The translations under genes and the position numbers were made by a program. A stretch of DNA of 64,000 bases from Desulfotignum sp. (GTDB taxonomy: Bacteria; Desulfobacterota; Desulfobacteria; Desulfobacterales; Desulfobacteraceae). Positions 27,845 to 37,873 of the stretch are shown here, piece by piece. The stretch lies in NCBI GenBank assembly GCA_040883135.1, contig JBFLKI010000154.1, positions 2,601-66,600 of the forward strand. The letters run 5' to 3'. Positions within the stretch are counted from its first letter, which is position 1. Each line of letters starts with the position of its first letter. The notes under the pieces were generated by a model. That model saw only the letters and a list, made by a program, of their open reading frames with translations, had not been told where the DNA came from and ran no database searches.

Positions 27845-30800
27845 AACTTTCCGAATTGCTGCGCAACATCGCTCTTGTCCCGCCGCAGACAGACGGAGAG
27901 ATCACCGGCATCCAGACCCGTGCCCAGAACATCCGGACCGGGCAGCTGTTTTTGGCCATCAAGGGGAATACGGCCGATGGTCACGACTTTATCCGCACAG
28001 CCTTGGACAGAGGGGCTGCTGCCGTGGTGGCCCAGTATAACCCGGAAGATCTGGACCGGGTCATTCTGGTGGACAATTCCCGCCGGTCCGCCGGAATCAT
28101 TGCGGCCAGGTTCTACGGCAATCCGTCCGAAGACCTTTTTCTGATGGGCGTGACCGGCACCAACGGAAAAACCACGATCACCTATCTACTCGAACAGATG
28201 TTTCTGGCTGCCGGTCATCGCTGCGGGGTCATGGGCACCATCAATATCCGATACGACGGAAGAATTGTAGATACGCCCACCACCACACCGGACGCCCTTA
28301 CAATCCAGAAAACACTGGCTCGAATGAAACAGGCCGGTATCACCCATGTCATCATGGAGGTGTCCTCCCATGGTCTGGATCAGTTCCGGGTAGACGGATG
28401 CCGTTTCGATCTGGGAATTTTCACCAACCTGACCCAGGACCACCTGGATTATCACCCGGACATGGCCGCCTATTACCAGTGTAAAAAACGGTTTTTTACC
28501 GACTTCTTGATGCCTTCGGTCCATCAAAAATCCGCTTCAGCCGTCATCAACATTGATGATCCCTGGGGTGTCCGGCTGGCAGAAGAACTGGATTTTCCGG
28601 TCATCCGCGTCAGCGCCGTAAATCTGAAAGACGGCAGCAATCCTGACGTTTTTGCCCGGGATATCATGGATTCCATCCAGGGGATTGCCGGCCGTATCTG
28701 TCTGGGAAGGGACACCATCGCTTTTTCCTCCCCCCTTACCGGCCGGTTCAATCTGGAAAACATTCTGTGCGCAGCCGGTGCGGCCCATGGTTCAGGCATC
28801 GCTTCGATTCATATTCGACAGGGACTGGCATCCTGCACCGGCGTCCCCGGCCGTCTGGAAAAAGTGGCCAATGCCATGAACCGGTATCTGTTTGTGGATT
28901 ACGCCCACACACCCAACGCCCTGGAATCAGTACTCAAAACTCTGAAACAGCGGGCTACCCGCCGGTTGATCACGGTATTCGGATGCGGCGGAGACCGGGA
29001 CCGCACCAAACGTCCCTTGATGGGAAAAATCGCCTGTCGTTACAGTGATGTGACCATTGTCACATCAGACAACCCAAGGTCTGAAGATCCGGATCAGATC
29101 ATCCGGGATATTCTGGCAGGCATCCGTGAAACCAATGCGCCGGTAAATCCATGGCCTGAAATATTCGACAGCGACAAAACCCCTGGATATGCAGACTTTA
29201 CCGGAGTGATCCATCATACGGACCGAAACCGCGCCCTGTCCCTGGCCGTCCGGATTTCCAGACCCGGGGATATCATTCTGGCAGCCGGAAAAGGTCATGA
29301 AACCTACCAGATCACCCGAGACGGCACCCGTCATTTCGATGACAGAGAACATTTATCGGGTGCCTGCAAAAACATGGCTGCACAACGTGTTCCCATCCCC
29401 TGGATCCAAAGCGATATCACCGCAGCCATCGGCGTCTCTCCGGTCATGGATACCCTGAACGCTTCCCGGGTGTTCAAAGGTGTCAGCACCGATTCCAGGA
29501 CCATTCAGGCCGATGACCTTTTTGTGGCGCTGGTTGGAGAAACCTTTGACGGCCACCGGTTTGTTCCGAATCTGGCAGAACGGGGTATTCAGGGGTTTGT
29601 GGTGAAATCCGGCACCTGTGTCAGCTTAAAAGAGGAAACCACCGGCCCTGTCTCAGAACCGGGACGGGTGGTATTTGAAGTCTTTGATACCCTGACAGCG
29701 CTGGGCCTTCTGGGTCATCATCAACGGATGCGATCGGGCGCCAAAGTGCTGGCCATTACCGGCTCCAACGGAAAAACGTCCACCCGGCGCATGGCGCAGA
29801 CCATTTTTCAGACCAAGTTTGACACTCTGGCCACCCAAAAAAACTTCAACAACGAGATCGGGGTCCCCAAAACCCTGCTGACACTGTCAAATGCCCATGA
29901 ATGGGCCGTGGTCGAGATGGGCATGAACCAGCCCGGTGAAATGGCGCGGTTATCCCGCATTGCCTGTCCGGATATCGCCATTGTCACCAACACCACCGGG
30001 GCCCATTTGGAAGGATTGAAAACCGCAGAAAATGTGGCCCGGGAGAAGGCCTGCATATTCGACCATGCCGTCCGGGGGGGCGTGGCCGTCATTTTCAAGG
30101 ACGACCCCAGGGCCCATATTCTAAGGGACCGGGCAAAGAACACCCCCGGCATCGACCGTATCCTCACTTTTGGAAATGATGATTCGGCAGACGTATATGC
30201 CTCCGAGATCCGGCCTGAAGGCGGCATGATTCGTTTTCTGGGCCACATTCAAGGACAAACGGCCCGTTTTCATCTGCATTCTCCAGCCCGGTTCATGGTG
30301 GTCAACGCCCTGGCCGCGCTGACCGCTGCCGCTGCCGCCGGCATCCCCATTCCCGCCATGCAGGCGGGCCTGGCCGCATTTACTCCGGTGTCAGGACGGA
30401 TGCAGATCCAGACATTGCCCAGCGGCGTTCATCTGATCAACGACACCTATAACGCCAACCCCGCGTCAGTAACGCAGGCATTGAAAACCCTGGCCGAGCT
30501 GGCGGCCGCACCGGAAAATTTTGGAACCGGCCGCACCCTGGCAATTCTTGGAGACATGCTGGAACTGGGTCCCGACAGTAAACAGCACCACCGGCAGGTG
30601 GGCAAAACCGCAGCAACGCTGGGAATTACCCGGCTGTATCTGTTCGGCCCGCTGAGCCGCCACACCATGGCGGGCGCCCTGGAGGGAGGCATGGCCGAAG
30701 ATTGTTTGTTTCACGGCACCAAACAGGAAATCGCCGACCAGATTCCGGGGGATGTTCGTCCCGGCGACTGGGTCCTGGTGAAAGGCTCACGGAGCATGGC

Positions 30801-30870
30801 CATGGAAACCATTGTTGAACAATGGAAAACTGAGATAACAGGCTCTTTGCAGGAAACGGGAAGGGATTGA
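27841..30870 (+). CDS. murE-murF: Fused MurE-MurF: UDP-MurNAc-tripeptide synthetase plus UDP-MurNAc-pentapeptide synthetase in one 1009-aa ORF
   Basis: Two complete Mur ligase modules, each with its own P-loop: GVTGTNGKTTITYL (MurE part, with DNPRSEDP) and ITGSNGKTSTRRM (MurF part). There is no stop codon between them. An in-frame ATG at 29374 (Met512) sits where a separate murF would start. Confidence 0.9.
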   Translation: MKLSELLRNIALVPPQTDGEITGIQTRAQNIRTGQLFLAIKGNTADGHDFIRTALDRGAAAVVAQYNPEDLDRVILVDNSRRSAGIIAARFYGNPSEDLFLMGVTGTNGKTTITYLLEQMFLAAGHRCGVMGTINIRYDGRIVDTPTTTPDALTIQKTLARMKQAGITHVIMEVSSHGLDQFRVDGCRFDLGIFTNLTQDHLDYHPDMAAYYQCKKRFFTDFLMPSVHQKSASAVINIDDPWGVRLAEELDFPVIRVSAVNLKDGSNPDVFARDIMDSIQGIAGRICLGRDTIAFSSPLTGRFNLENILCAAGAAHGSGIASIHIRQGLASCTGVPGRLEKVANAMNRYLFVDYAHTPNALESVLKTLKQRATRRLITVFGCGGDRDRTKRPLMGKIACRYSDVTIVTSDNPRSEDPDQIIRDILAGIRETNAPVNPWPEIFDSDKTPGYADFTGVIHHTDRNRALSLAVRISRPGDIILAAGKGHETYQITRDGTRHFDDREHLSGACKNMAAQRVPIPWIQSDITAAIGVSPVMDTLNASRVFKGVSTDSRTIQADDLFVALVGETFDGHRFVPNLAERGIQGFVVKSGTCVSLKEETTGPVSEPGRVVFEVFDTLTALGLLGHHQRMRSGAKVLAITGSNGKTSTRRMAQTIFQTKFDTLATQKNFNNEIGVPKTLLTLSNAHEWAVVEMGMNQPGEMARLSRIACPDIAIVTNTTGAHLEGLKTAENVAREKACIFDHAVRGGVAVIFKDDPRAHILRDRAKNTPGIDRILTFGNDDSADVYASEIRPEGGMIRFLGHIQGQTARFHLHSPARFMVVNALAALTAAAAAGIPIPAMQAGLAAFTPVSGRMQIQTLPSGVHLINDTYNANPASVTQALKTLAELAAAPENFGTGRTLAILGDMLELGPDSKQHHRQVGKTAATLGITRLYLFGPLSRHTMAGALEGGMAEDCLFHGTKQEIADQIPGDVRPGDWVLVKGSRSMAMETIVEQWKTEITGSLQETGRD

Positions 30871-30873
30871 TAC

Positions 30874-31953
30874 ATGTTTTATGAATTTTTGTATCCGCTG
30901 CATGACCAGTTGTCCTTTCTCAATATCTTCCGGTATATCACTTTCCGGACAATTTACGGCGGGTTGACCGCGTTTCTGATCTGTTTTTTTCTGGGACCCC
31001 GGGTGATCCGGAAGCTGGCCGCCCTGCAGATCGGCCAGGTGATCCAGACGGACGGTCCCCAGACCCATCTGGGCAAGCAGGGGACTCCCACCATGGGAGG
31101 CATTCTGATTCTGTTTTCCGTGTTCACGGCCACCCTTCTCTGGGGCAACCTGACCAACCACTATATTTTTATTTTAATGCTCACTCTCCTGCTGTTCGGG
31201 GCCATCGGATTTGTGGATGATTTTCTCATGCAGATCAAAAAAAGAAACATGGGATTCACGGCCAAAGGCAAATTCATTATCCAGATCGTCTTCGGACTGC
31301 TGATCAGCCTGCTCATTTTTCTAAGCCCGGATTTTACCACTACCCTGACCGTACCGTTTTTCAAGGATTTTTCACCGGATCTGGGCATCTGGTATATTCC
31401 GTTCGCCTGCCTGGTCATCGTGGGGGCCTCCAACGCCGTGAACCTGACCGACGGGCTGGATGGACTGGCCATCGGCCCGGTGATCGTGGCATCGGTCACC
31501 TATATGTTTTTTGCCTATGTGGCCGGACATATCCAGATTGCCGAATACCTGCATGTCCGCCATATCACATCCGCCGGTGAGATTTCCGTGATCTGTGGTG
31601 TTCTGGCAGGTGCGGGCATGGGATTTTTATGGTTCAATGCCCATCCGGCCCAGATCTTCATGGGGGATTCCGGATCCCTGCCTTTAGGTGCGATCCTGGG
31701 CGCCATTGCCGTGGTGGTGAAACAGGAAATTCTGCTGCTCATTGTGGGGGGGCTGTTTGTGATCGAAGCGTTGTCCGTGATCATCCAGGTGGGTTATTTC
31801 AAGCTGAGCAAAGGAAAGCGGATCTTCAGAATGGCGCCGCTGCACCACCATTTTGAACTCAAAGGCTGGCATGAATCCAAGGTCATTGTCCGGTTCTGGA
31901 TCATTGCCATCACCCTGGCCGTTTTATCTCTGGGCACACTGAAAATAAGGTGA
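30874..31953 (+). CDS. mraY: Phospho-N-acetylmuramoyl-pentapeptide transferase
   Basis: 359 aa: GTPTMGG, NAVNLTDGLDGLA, HHHFE motifs. Confidence 0.95.
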   Translation: MFYEFLYPLHDQLSFLNIFRYITFRTIYGGLTAFLICFFLGPRVIRKLAALQIGQVIQTDGPQTHLGKQGTPTMGGILILFSVFTATLLWGNLTNHYIFILMLTLLLFGAIGFVDDFLMQIKKRNMGFTAKGKFIIQIVFGLLISLLIFLSPDFTTTLTVPFFKDFSPDLGIWYIPFACLVIVGASNAVNLTDGLDGLAIGPVIVASVTYMFFAYVAGHIQIAEYLHVRHITSAGEISVICGVLAGAGMGFLWFNAHPAQIFMGDSGSLPLGAILGAIAVVVKQEILLLIVGGLFVIEALSVIIQVGYFKLSKGKRIFRMAPLHHHFELKGWHESKVIVRFWIIAITLAVLSLGTLKIR

Positions 31954-31960
31954 CGAAACC

Positions 31961-33337
31961 ATGCACTTACCCCGGACATCTTACATACTGATCTGCGGCC
32001 TGGGGAGATCCGGGCTCTCCACGGCCCGGTTTCTGGCGGCCGAGGGATATCAGATCAAAGCCACGGACAAAGATGCCGCCAGAAAAGTTCATGAACCTGA
32101 ACTGCATCATCTGGGTATCGACACCCAGATCGGATATCACGATACCGAAACCTTTGTCCGGGCCGGAGCTATTGTGGTGAGTCCGGGCATTCCCCTGACC
32201 ATGCCGTATCTGATGCAGGCAAAGGCCGCGGGCGTGCCCCTGGTCGGAGACCTGGATATCTTTACCTTTTACAACAAGACCCCGGTGGTGGCCATCACCG
32301 GCACCAACGGCAAAACCACGGTCACCACCTTGATCCGGGACATGCTCGAGGCTTCCGGCATATCCACGTTCATGGGCGGCAACATCGGCACCCCCCTGGT
32401 GGACTGCCTGATGACCGGATCAACGACACAGGTGGTGGTGGCGGAAATCTCCAGTTTCCAGCTGGATCTGGCCCGTCATTTCAAACCCGAGATCGCCGTG
32501 CTGCTCAACATATCTCCGGATCACCTGGACCGGTATGTAGGGATGGATGATTACTGCCGGTCCAAATGGTCGATTTTCAAAAACCAGACATCGGTCCATA
32601 CCGCCATTGTCAATGCGAACCTGATTGGCGACTGTCAAATCCCGTTTCGACCGGCGTCCCGGGTTTTGGAATTTTCCGCTGACCCCGACGCCCGGATTCA
32701 TCAGGGTGCCAGAATAATAGACCAGACCATTTTTCTGAATTTGCCGGAATCGCCCGCCGGCCATTCCACATCCATCGACTGTCAAACCCTGGTCAGAATC
32801 CCCGGCATCCATAACCTGGAAAATATTGCCGCCGCAGCGTTGGCCGCCTTGTGCGCCGGCGGAAATGTCACAGGAATTATTCAGGCGGTCAGGACATTTG
32901 ACGGACTGCCTCACCGCCTGACGTTTGTCGCGGAAATCGATGGGATTCAATTTTACAATGATTCCAAAGCCACCAACACGGATGCGGTGATTCGGGCATT
33001 GAACTGCTTCACAAAACCGGTGGTTCTGATTCTGGGGGGCCGGGAAAAAGATACGGATTTCACCCTGCTGCGACCGGCCCTCGAACCGGTCAGACAGATC
33101 ATTGCCATGGGCGAGGCAGCTGATCACATTCATGACCTGTTTTCCCAAAACTTCCGGTTGAAACGGGTCCCAGACATGAAAACCGCCGTAACCCAGGCCC
33201 ATGCCGCAGCGCAGCCCGGCGACATAGTGCTGCTGTCTCCGGCCTGTGCCAGTTTTGACATGTTTGAGAATTACGCGGCCCGGGGAGATGCTTTTACTCG
33301 CCATGTAAGGGAACTGGAGATGAGACACCATGGATAA
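31961..33337 (+). CDS. murD: UDP-N-acetylmuramoylalanine--D-glutamate ligase
   Basis: 458 aa with ITGTNGKTTVTTL and the canonical dcw position. Confidence 0.9.
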   Translation: MHLPRTSYILICGLGRSGLSTARFLAAEGYQIKATDKDAARKVHEPELHHLGIDTQIGYHDTETFVRAGAIVVSPGIPLTMPYLMQAKAAGVPLVGDLDIFTFYNKTPVVAITGTNGKTTVTTLIRDMLEASGISTFMGGNIGTPLVDCLMTGSTTQVVVAEISSFQLDLARHFKPEIAVLLNISPDHLDRYVGMDDYCRSKWSIFKNQTSVHTAIVNANLIGDCQIPFRPASRVLEFSADPDARIHQGARIIDQTIFLNLPESPAGHSTSIDCQTLVRIPGIHNLENIAAAALAALCAGGNVTGIIQAVRTFDGLPHRLTFVAEIDGIQFYNDSKATNTDAVIRALNCFTKPVVLILGGREKDTDFTLLRPALEPVRQIIAMGEAADHIHDLFSQNFRLKRVPDMKTAVTQAHAAAQPGDIVLLSPACASFDMFENYAARGDAFTRHVRELEMRHHG

Positions 33338-34466
33338 CCCCCGGTCTGTGCATCCGATTTTAAAGGAACGGCTTCTGCTGTTTCCGGCACTGATGCTGTG
33401 CGGCATCGGTATTGTAATGGTTTATTCCGCATCGTCCGCCATTTCAATGCAGACTCACAACACCCTGTTCTATTTCCTTCAACGCCAGATCATATTTTTT
33501 TGCATCAGCTTAGGCGTGCTGCTCGTGGCGGCCTCGTTTCCTTACCGGTTTTATAACAAACTGGCATATATCATTCTGTTCATCGCCCTGATCTGTCTGA
33601 CCGCGGTTCTCATCCCGGGTGTGGGTATTGAAGCCAACGGAGCCCACCGGTGGTTGGATCTGGGCATGATCCGGTTCCAGCCCGCGGAATTTGCCAAACT
33701 GGCCCTGATTCTGTTTTTAGGCTACAGCCTGGCCAAAAAACAGCCCATGATCACCGATTTCTCCGTGGGATTCATGCCCCATCTCCTGATTTTGGCCCTG
33801 TTTTCAGTACTGATAATTTTTCAACCCGATTTCGGCACCATCGTGGTGTTGGGACTGATCTGCTGGGGCATGATGTTTGTGGCCGGGGTCAGAATCTGGC
33901 ATCTGCTGACCCCGCTGCCCGTAATCATTCCATTGATTTACTTTCTGGTTTTCAAAGTGGAATACCGGCTCACCCGGATTATGACCTTCCTGGACCCCTG
34001 GGAAGATCCTTACAATGCCGGATACCAGATCACCCATTCTCTGAAAGCCTTCGGGTCCGGCGGCCTGTTCGGACAGGGCATCGGTCTGGGCATGCAGAAG
34101 ATGCATTACCTGCCCGAACCTCACACTGACTTTATTTTCTCCATCATCGGCGAAGAGCTGGGTTTGATCGGCGTTCTGGCCATATTGACCCTGTACGGTA
34201 TCATTCTGGCCCGGGGCTGCCGCATCGCCAGAAATGCCGACTCCGTGTTCGGAGCCATTACCGCTGCCGGTCTCACCCTGTACCTGGGAATCCAGATCAT
34301 TATCAATACGGGCGTGTCATTGAGCGTGTTTCCCACCAAAGGACTTACCCTGCCCTTCATCAGTTACGGCGGCACCTCTCTGATCATCAACATGGCGGTG
34401 ATGGGCATACTGATGAATATCGGTGCGACTTGTTCCGCCCCGTCCGAAAAGGGGGTCCGATCATGA
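33330..34466 (+). CDS. ftsW: Peptidoglycan glycosyltransferase / lipid II flippase FtsW (SEDS family)
   Basis: 378-aa polytopic protein: RWLDLGMIRFQPAEFAKL, PEPHTDFIFSIIGEELG. Confidence 0.9.
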   Translation: MDNPRSVHPILKERLLLFPALMLCGIGIVMVYSASSAISMQTHNTLFYFLQRQIIFFCISLGVLLVAASFPYRFYNKLAYIILFIALICLTAVLIPGVGIEANGAHRWLDLGMIRFQPAEFAKLALILFLGYSLAKKQPMITDFSVGFMPHLLILALFSVLIIFQPDFGTIVVLGLICWGMMFVAGVRIWHLLTPLPVIIPLIYFLVFKVEYRLTRIMTFLDPWEDPYNAGYQITHSLKAFGSGGLFGQGIGLGMQKMHYLPEPHTDFIFSIIGEELGLIGVLAILTLYGIILARGCRIARNADSVFGAITAAGLTLYLGIQIIINTGVSLSVFPTKGLTLPFISYGGTSLIINMAVMGILMNIGATCSAPSEKGVRS

Positions 34467-35563
34467 CCGACCGCTTCCAGGTGATTATCGCCGGCGGGAA
34501 AACAGGGGGGCACCTGTTCCCCGGTATTGCCGTGGCCCAGGCCCTTCGACGGAGGGATCCATCGGTCCGGATTCTGTTTGTGGGCACGAACACCCCGTTT
34601 GAAAAAAAGACATTGAACGCCTACGGGTTTGATCATACCCCCATCTTTTCCCGGCCACTCAAAGGCCGGTCCCTGTTTCAAAAACTGACCGGAACCGCAG
34701 CCATTCTGGTGTCTCTGATTCAGTCGCTCTGGATCGTATGGCGGTTCAAACCGGATTTCGTCCTCGGTGTGGGCGGATATTCTTCCTTTGCCGTGGTTCT
34801 ATCCGCCTGGATGCTCCGAATACCCACCGCCATTCAGGAACAGAACGCATTTCCCGGAATAACCAACCGCATGCTGGCACGATTGAGTACCGTCATCTTT
34901 ACGGCCTTCGATACCACCCGTGGGTTCAGCGAAAACCCCAAAACACACCTGACCGGAAACCCGGTCCGGGAACAGGGACCCGTGTTTCAAACTCAGGAAA
35001 CCGGTGAATCAGACATTAGTTCAGCCGATTTTGTTCTTCTGGTCACCGGCGGCAGCCAGGGGGCATCCAGCATCAACCGGGCCGTGGTGGACATGGCCGC
35101 CCGCATGACCGACCTTGAGGACCTGTTCATCCTGTTTCAGACCGGCACCGGACATGACGCCGCAATCAGAGACACATTGCAGTCTCTGGGGATCCGGGCA
35201 AGGGTTCAGCCTTTTTTTCCCGACATGCCTGCACTGATGGAACGCTCGGACCTGGTGATATGCCGGGCCGGCGCCGGTACATTGTCCGAACTGGCGGTCA
35301 AAGGGGTGCCGGCCATCCTGGTTCCCTATCCCCATGCAGCGGATGACCACCAGACGCACAACGCCAGATCCGTGGCCGATCACGGTGCGGCCCTGGTCAT
35401 TGCCGACACGCAATTGTCCGGCAACGGTCTTTATCGGATGGTCATGGATCTGAAATCAGATCCTCAACAGCTGAACCGGATGGCCGAGGCCATGGCGAAG
35501 CTGGCAAAACCAGATGCCGCGGATCGGATTGCGGTCCATATTTTACAGGCAAAGGAGTCATGA
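34463..35563 (+). CDS. murG: UDP-GlcNAc:undecaprenyl-PP-MurNAc-pentapeptide GlcNAc transferase
   Basis: From ATG 34463, in an ATGA overlap with the ftsW stop. IIAGGKTGGHLFPGIAVA...RAGAGTLSELA. Confidence 0.9.
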   Translation: MTDRFQVIIAGGKTGGHLFPGIAVAQALRRRDPSVRILFVGTNTPFEKKTLNAYGFDHTPIFSRPLKGRSLFQKLTGTAAILVSLIQSLWIVWRFKPDFVLGVGGYSSFAVVLSAWMLRIPTAIQEQNAFPGITNRMLARLSTVIFTAFDTTRGFSENPKTHLTGNPVREQGPVFQTQETGESDISSADFVLLVTGGSQGASSINRAVVDMAARMTDLEDLFILFQTGTGHDAAIRDTLQSLGIRARVQPFFPDMPALMERSDLVICRAGAGTLSELAVKGVPAILVPYPHAADDHQTHNARSVADHGAALVIADTQLSGNGLYRMVMDLKSDPQQLNRMAEAMAKLAKPDAADRIAVHILQAKES

Positions 35564-35566
35564 CCC

Positions 35567-36934
35567 GTGTATCAGACTGATTATCACATCCATTTTGTGG
35601 GGATCGGCGGCATCGGCATGAGCGGTATTGCCGAACTGCTCATCAATTTAGGCTATACCGTATCCGGATCCGACCTGAAACTGTCCCCCATCACCCGGCG
35701 GCTGGCGGACAAAGGTGCAACCATCTTCAAGGGGCACAGCAAGAAACAGGTGGAAGGCGCCGATGTCCTTGTGACCTCTTCCGCCATTTCCGATGAAAAT
35801 CCGGAAGTGATTCAGGCAAAGATCCAGGGGATTCCCATCATTCCCAGGGCGGCCATGCTGGCGGAACTCATGCGCATCAAATATGCCATTGCCGTGTCCG
35901 GTGCCCACGGCAAAACCTCCACCACGGCCATGATCGCCCAGATTCTCAACACCGGCGGACTGGACCCCACCGTGATCATCGGAGGGCTGCTCATGGGCCT
36001 GGACACCAATGCCCTCCACGGGCAGGGAGATTTCATTGTGGCGGAAGCCGACGAAAGCGACGGCTCGTTTCTTCAGTACACACCCGCCATAGCTGCTGTG
36101 ACCAACATTGATCTGGAACATCTGGATTTTTACAAAGACATCGAGGACATCAAAAACAAATTCGTTCAGTTCATCAATTCCGTGCCGTTTTACGGGGTGG
36201 CCATTCTCTGCTTAGACAATGAACATATCCAGGACATTCTGCCCCGGATCAGGGTCCGGCATACGACCTTCGGTCTGTCTGCCCAGGCCGATCTCCAGGC
36301 CCGAAAGATCCGGTTTGAAAACGGTCGAAGCCGGTTCACTGTCAACCGGGGAAACCGGGAACTCGGAGAAATCGTTCTCAATCTGGCCGGCCAGCACAAT
36401 ATTCTGAATGCCCTTGCCGGAATTGCCACAGGCCTGGAACTCCAACTTCCCTTTGAGGTGGTCAAGCAGGCCCTGGAAGAAATCAAGGGGGTCCGGCGCC
36501 GCCTGGAAATCAAGGGGGAGAAAAAACAGATCCTGGTCATGGATGATTACGGACATCATCCCACAGAGATTACGGCCACATTGAATGCCGTGCGTGAGAG
36601 TTTTGTTGGCCGGCGCCTGGTGGTGGTGTTCCAGCCCCATCGGTATACCCGGACCCGGGCGTTGTTCAATGAATTTACCCGGGCCTTCTACCAGTCGGAT
36701 GTCCTGATCCTGGTTCCCATCTATGCGGCCAGTGAAATCCCCATTCCACAGGTGGATTCCCGGCAACTGTGCCGGGGCATTCAGAATCACGGCCATAAAG
36801 ATGTGTCCTTTGCCCCGGATTTTACCCAGGCATTGTCCATGGTCACCCACAAACTCAAACCCAATGATCTGGTGCTTACCCTGGGAGCCGGGGATATCCA
36901 CATCCTGGGTGAACAACTGCTGGAGATTCTGTAA
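35567..36934 (+). CDS. murC: UDP-N-acetylmuramate--L-alanine ligase
   Basis: GTG start. HFVGIGGIGMSGIAELL...VSGAHGKTSTTAM. Confidence 0.9.
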   Translation: MYQTDYHIHFVGIGGIGMSGIAELLINLGYTVSGSDLKLSPITRRLADKGATIFKGHSKKQVEGADVLVTSSAISDENPEVIQAKIQGIPIIPRAAMLAELMRIKYAIAVSGAHGKTSTTAMIAQILNTGGLDPTVIIGGLLMGLDTNALHGQGDFIVAEADESDGSFLQYTPAIAAVTNIDLEHLDFYKDIEDIKNKFVQFINSVPFYGVAILCLDNEHIQDILPRIRVRHTTFGLSAQADLQARKIRFENGRSRFTVNRGNRELGEIVLNLAGQHNILNALAGIATGLELQLPFEVVKQALEEIKGVRRRLEIKGEKKQILVMDDYGHHPTEITATLNAVRESFVGRRLVVVFQPHRYTRTRALFNEFTRAFYQSDVLILVPIYAASEIPIPQVDSRQLCRGIQNHGHKDVSFAPDFTQALSMVTHKLKPNDLVLTLGAGDIHILGEQLLEIL

Positions 36935-36940
36935 ATTCCC

Positions 36941-37873
36941 ATGACACCCCATCCCGGCATAAACAAGCTGCTGCAGACCTTTGATCTGGCCGCTGACGTT
37001 CCCATGGCAATCCATACGCGTCTGAAGGTGGGGGGACCAGCGGATCTTCTGGCGCAACCCGGAACCCGGGAAGAGCTGATTGACCTGATCAAGGCTGCCC
37101 GCAGCGCGTCCGTGCCCGTTACCATCGTGGGGGGCGGGTGCAACCTGCTGGTATCGGATCAGGGTGTCCGGGGGCTGGTCGTGGTGACCACACGGCTGAA
37201 ATCCGGTATCCGGGTTGAAACCATCTCTGACAAAGAGGTTCGTCTTTTCATGGAAGCGGGGGAACGACTCTCCACGGTCTGCAGTCATGCGGTCCGTCAG
37301 GGCCTGACCGGTCTGGAATTCTGTGCCGGAATCCCAGGAACAATGGGCGGCGCCGTGATCATGAATGCAGGCACAGGCGATCAGGGAATCGGCAGACGGG
37401 TTCACAGCCTGGACGTACTGAACCTGACCACCCTGGATGTCTGCACCCTGAAAAAGGAAGCGCTTGACTTTTGCTACCGCCGCCTGAATCTGAAAAACCG
37501 TCTGATCCTGGGAATCACACTGGCCCTTGCGCCGGGAGAACCCTCCCAAATCATGCAGACTTACAACGATATTCTCACCCGCAAGCAGAATACCCAGCCC
37601 ATGGATCTGCCCAGTGCGGGCTGTTTTTTCAAAAATCCCGATCCGGATCATCCGGCCGGGAAGCTGATACAAGACGCGGGGCTCAAGGGCAAAACGATCC
37701 GGGGCGCACAGGTATCCCCTGTTCATGCCAACTATATCGTTAATCTCGGCCATGCCACCTGCAAGGATATTCTGGCACTCAAAGAACATATTCAAAAGCA
37801 GGTCTGGGACCGATACAGCATCGTTCTTGAAACTGAAGTCATATCAACAGGAGATGGAATGAAAAATGAATGA
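36941..37873 (+). CDS. murB: UDP-N-acetylenolpyruvoylglucosamine reductase
   Basis: 310 aa with an FAD-binding domain (VGGPADLL...VTIVGGGCNLLV) and the C-terminal SAGCFFKNP motif. Confidence 0.9.
   Translation: MTPHPGINKLLQTFDLAADVPMAIHTRLKVGGPADLLAQPGTREELIDLIKAARSASVPVTIVGGGCNLLVSDQGVRGLVVVTTRLKSGIRVETISDKEVRLFMEAGERLSTVCSHAVRQGLTGLEFCAGIPGTMGGAVIMNAGTGDQGIGRRVHSLDVLNLTTLDVCTLKKEALDFCYRRLNLKNRLILGITLALAPGEPSQIMQTYNDILTRKQNTQPMDLPSAGCFFKNPDPDHPAGKLIQDAGLKGKTIRGAQVSPVHANYIVNLGHATCKDILALKEHIQKQVWDRYSIVLETEVISTGDGMKNE

Noticed and set aside
36212-37795. A 527-aa minus-strand ORF spanning murC and murB. Similar long antisense ORFs occur at 12315-13346 (opposite galE), 32420-33406 (murD), 20892-21791 (gldG-like), 53991-55334 (opposite the ADP-forming ACS), 59068-60555 (acsD), 61529-62593 (CODH), 11098-11676 (thiN) and 57-524 (kdsB/GT4).
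   Set aside because: Where I checked the register (36212-37795, 59068-60555 and 12315-13346), each is codon-aligned with the well-supported sense gene. An antisense stop can then arise only opposite sense TTA, CTA or TCA codons, which appear rare here. The products are Gly/Arg/His/Pro/Gln-rich low-complexity strings with no recognisable motifs, while the sense strands encode textbook proteins.
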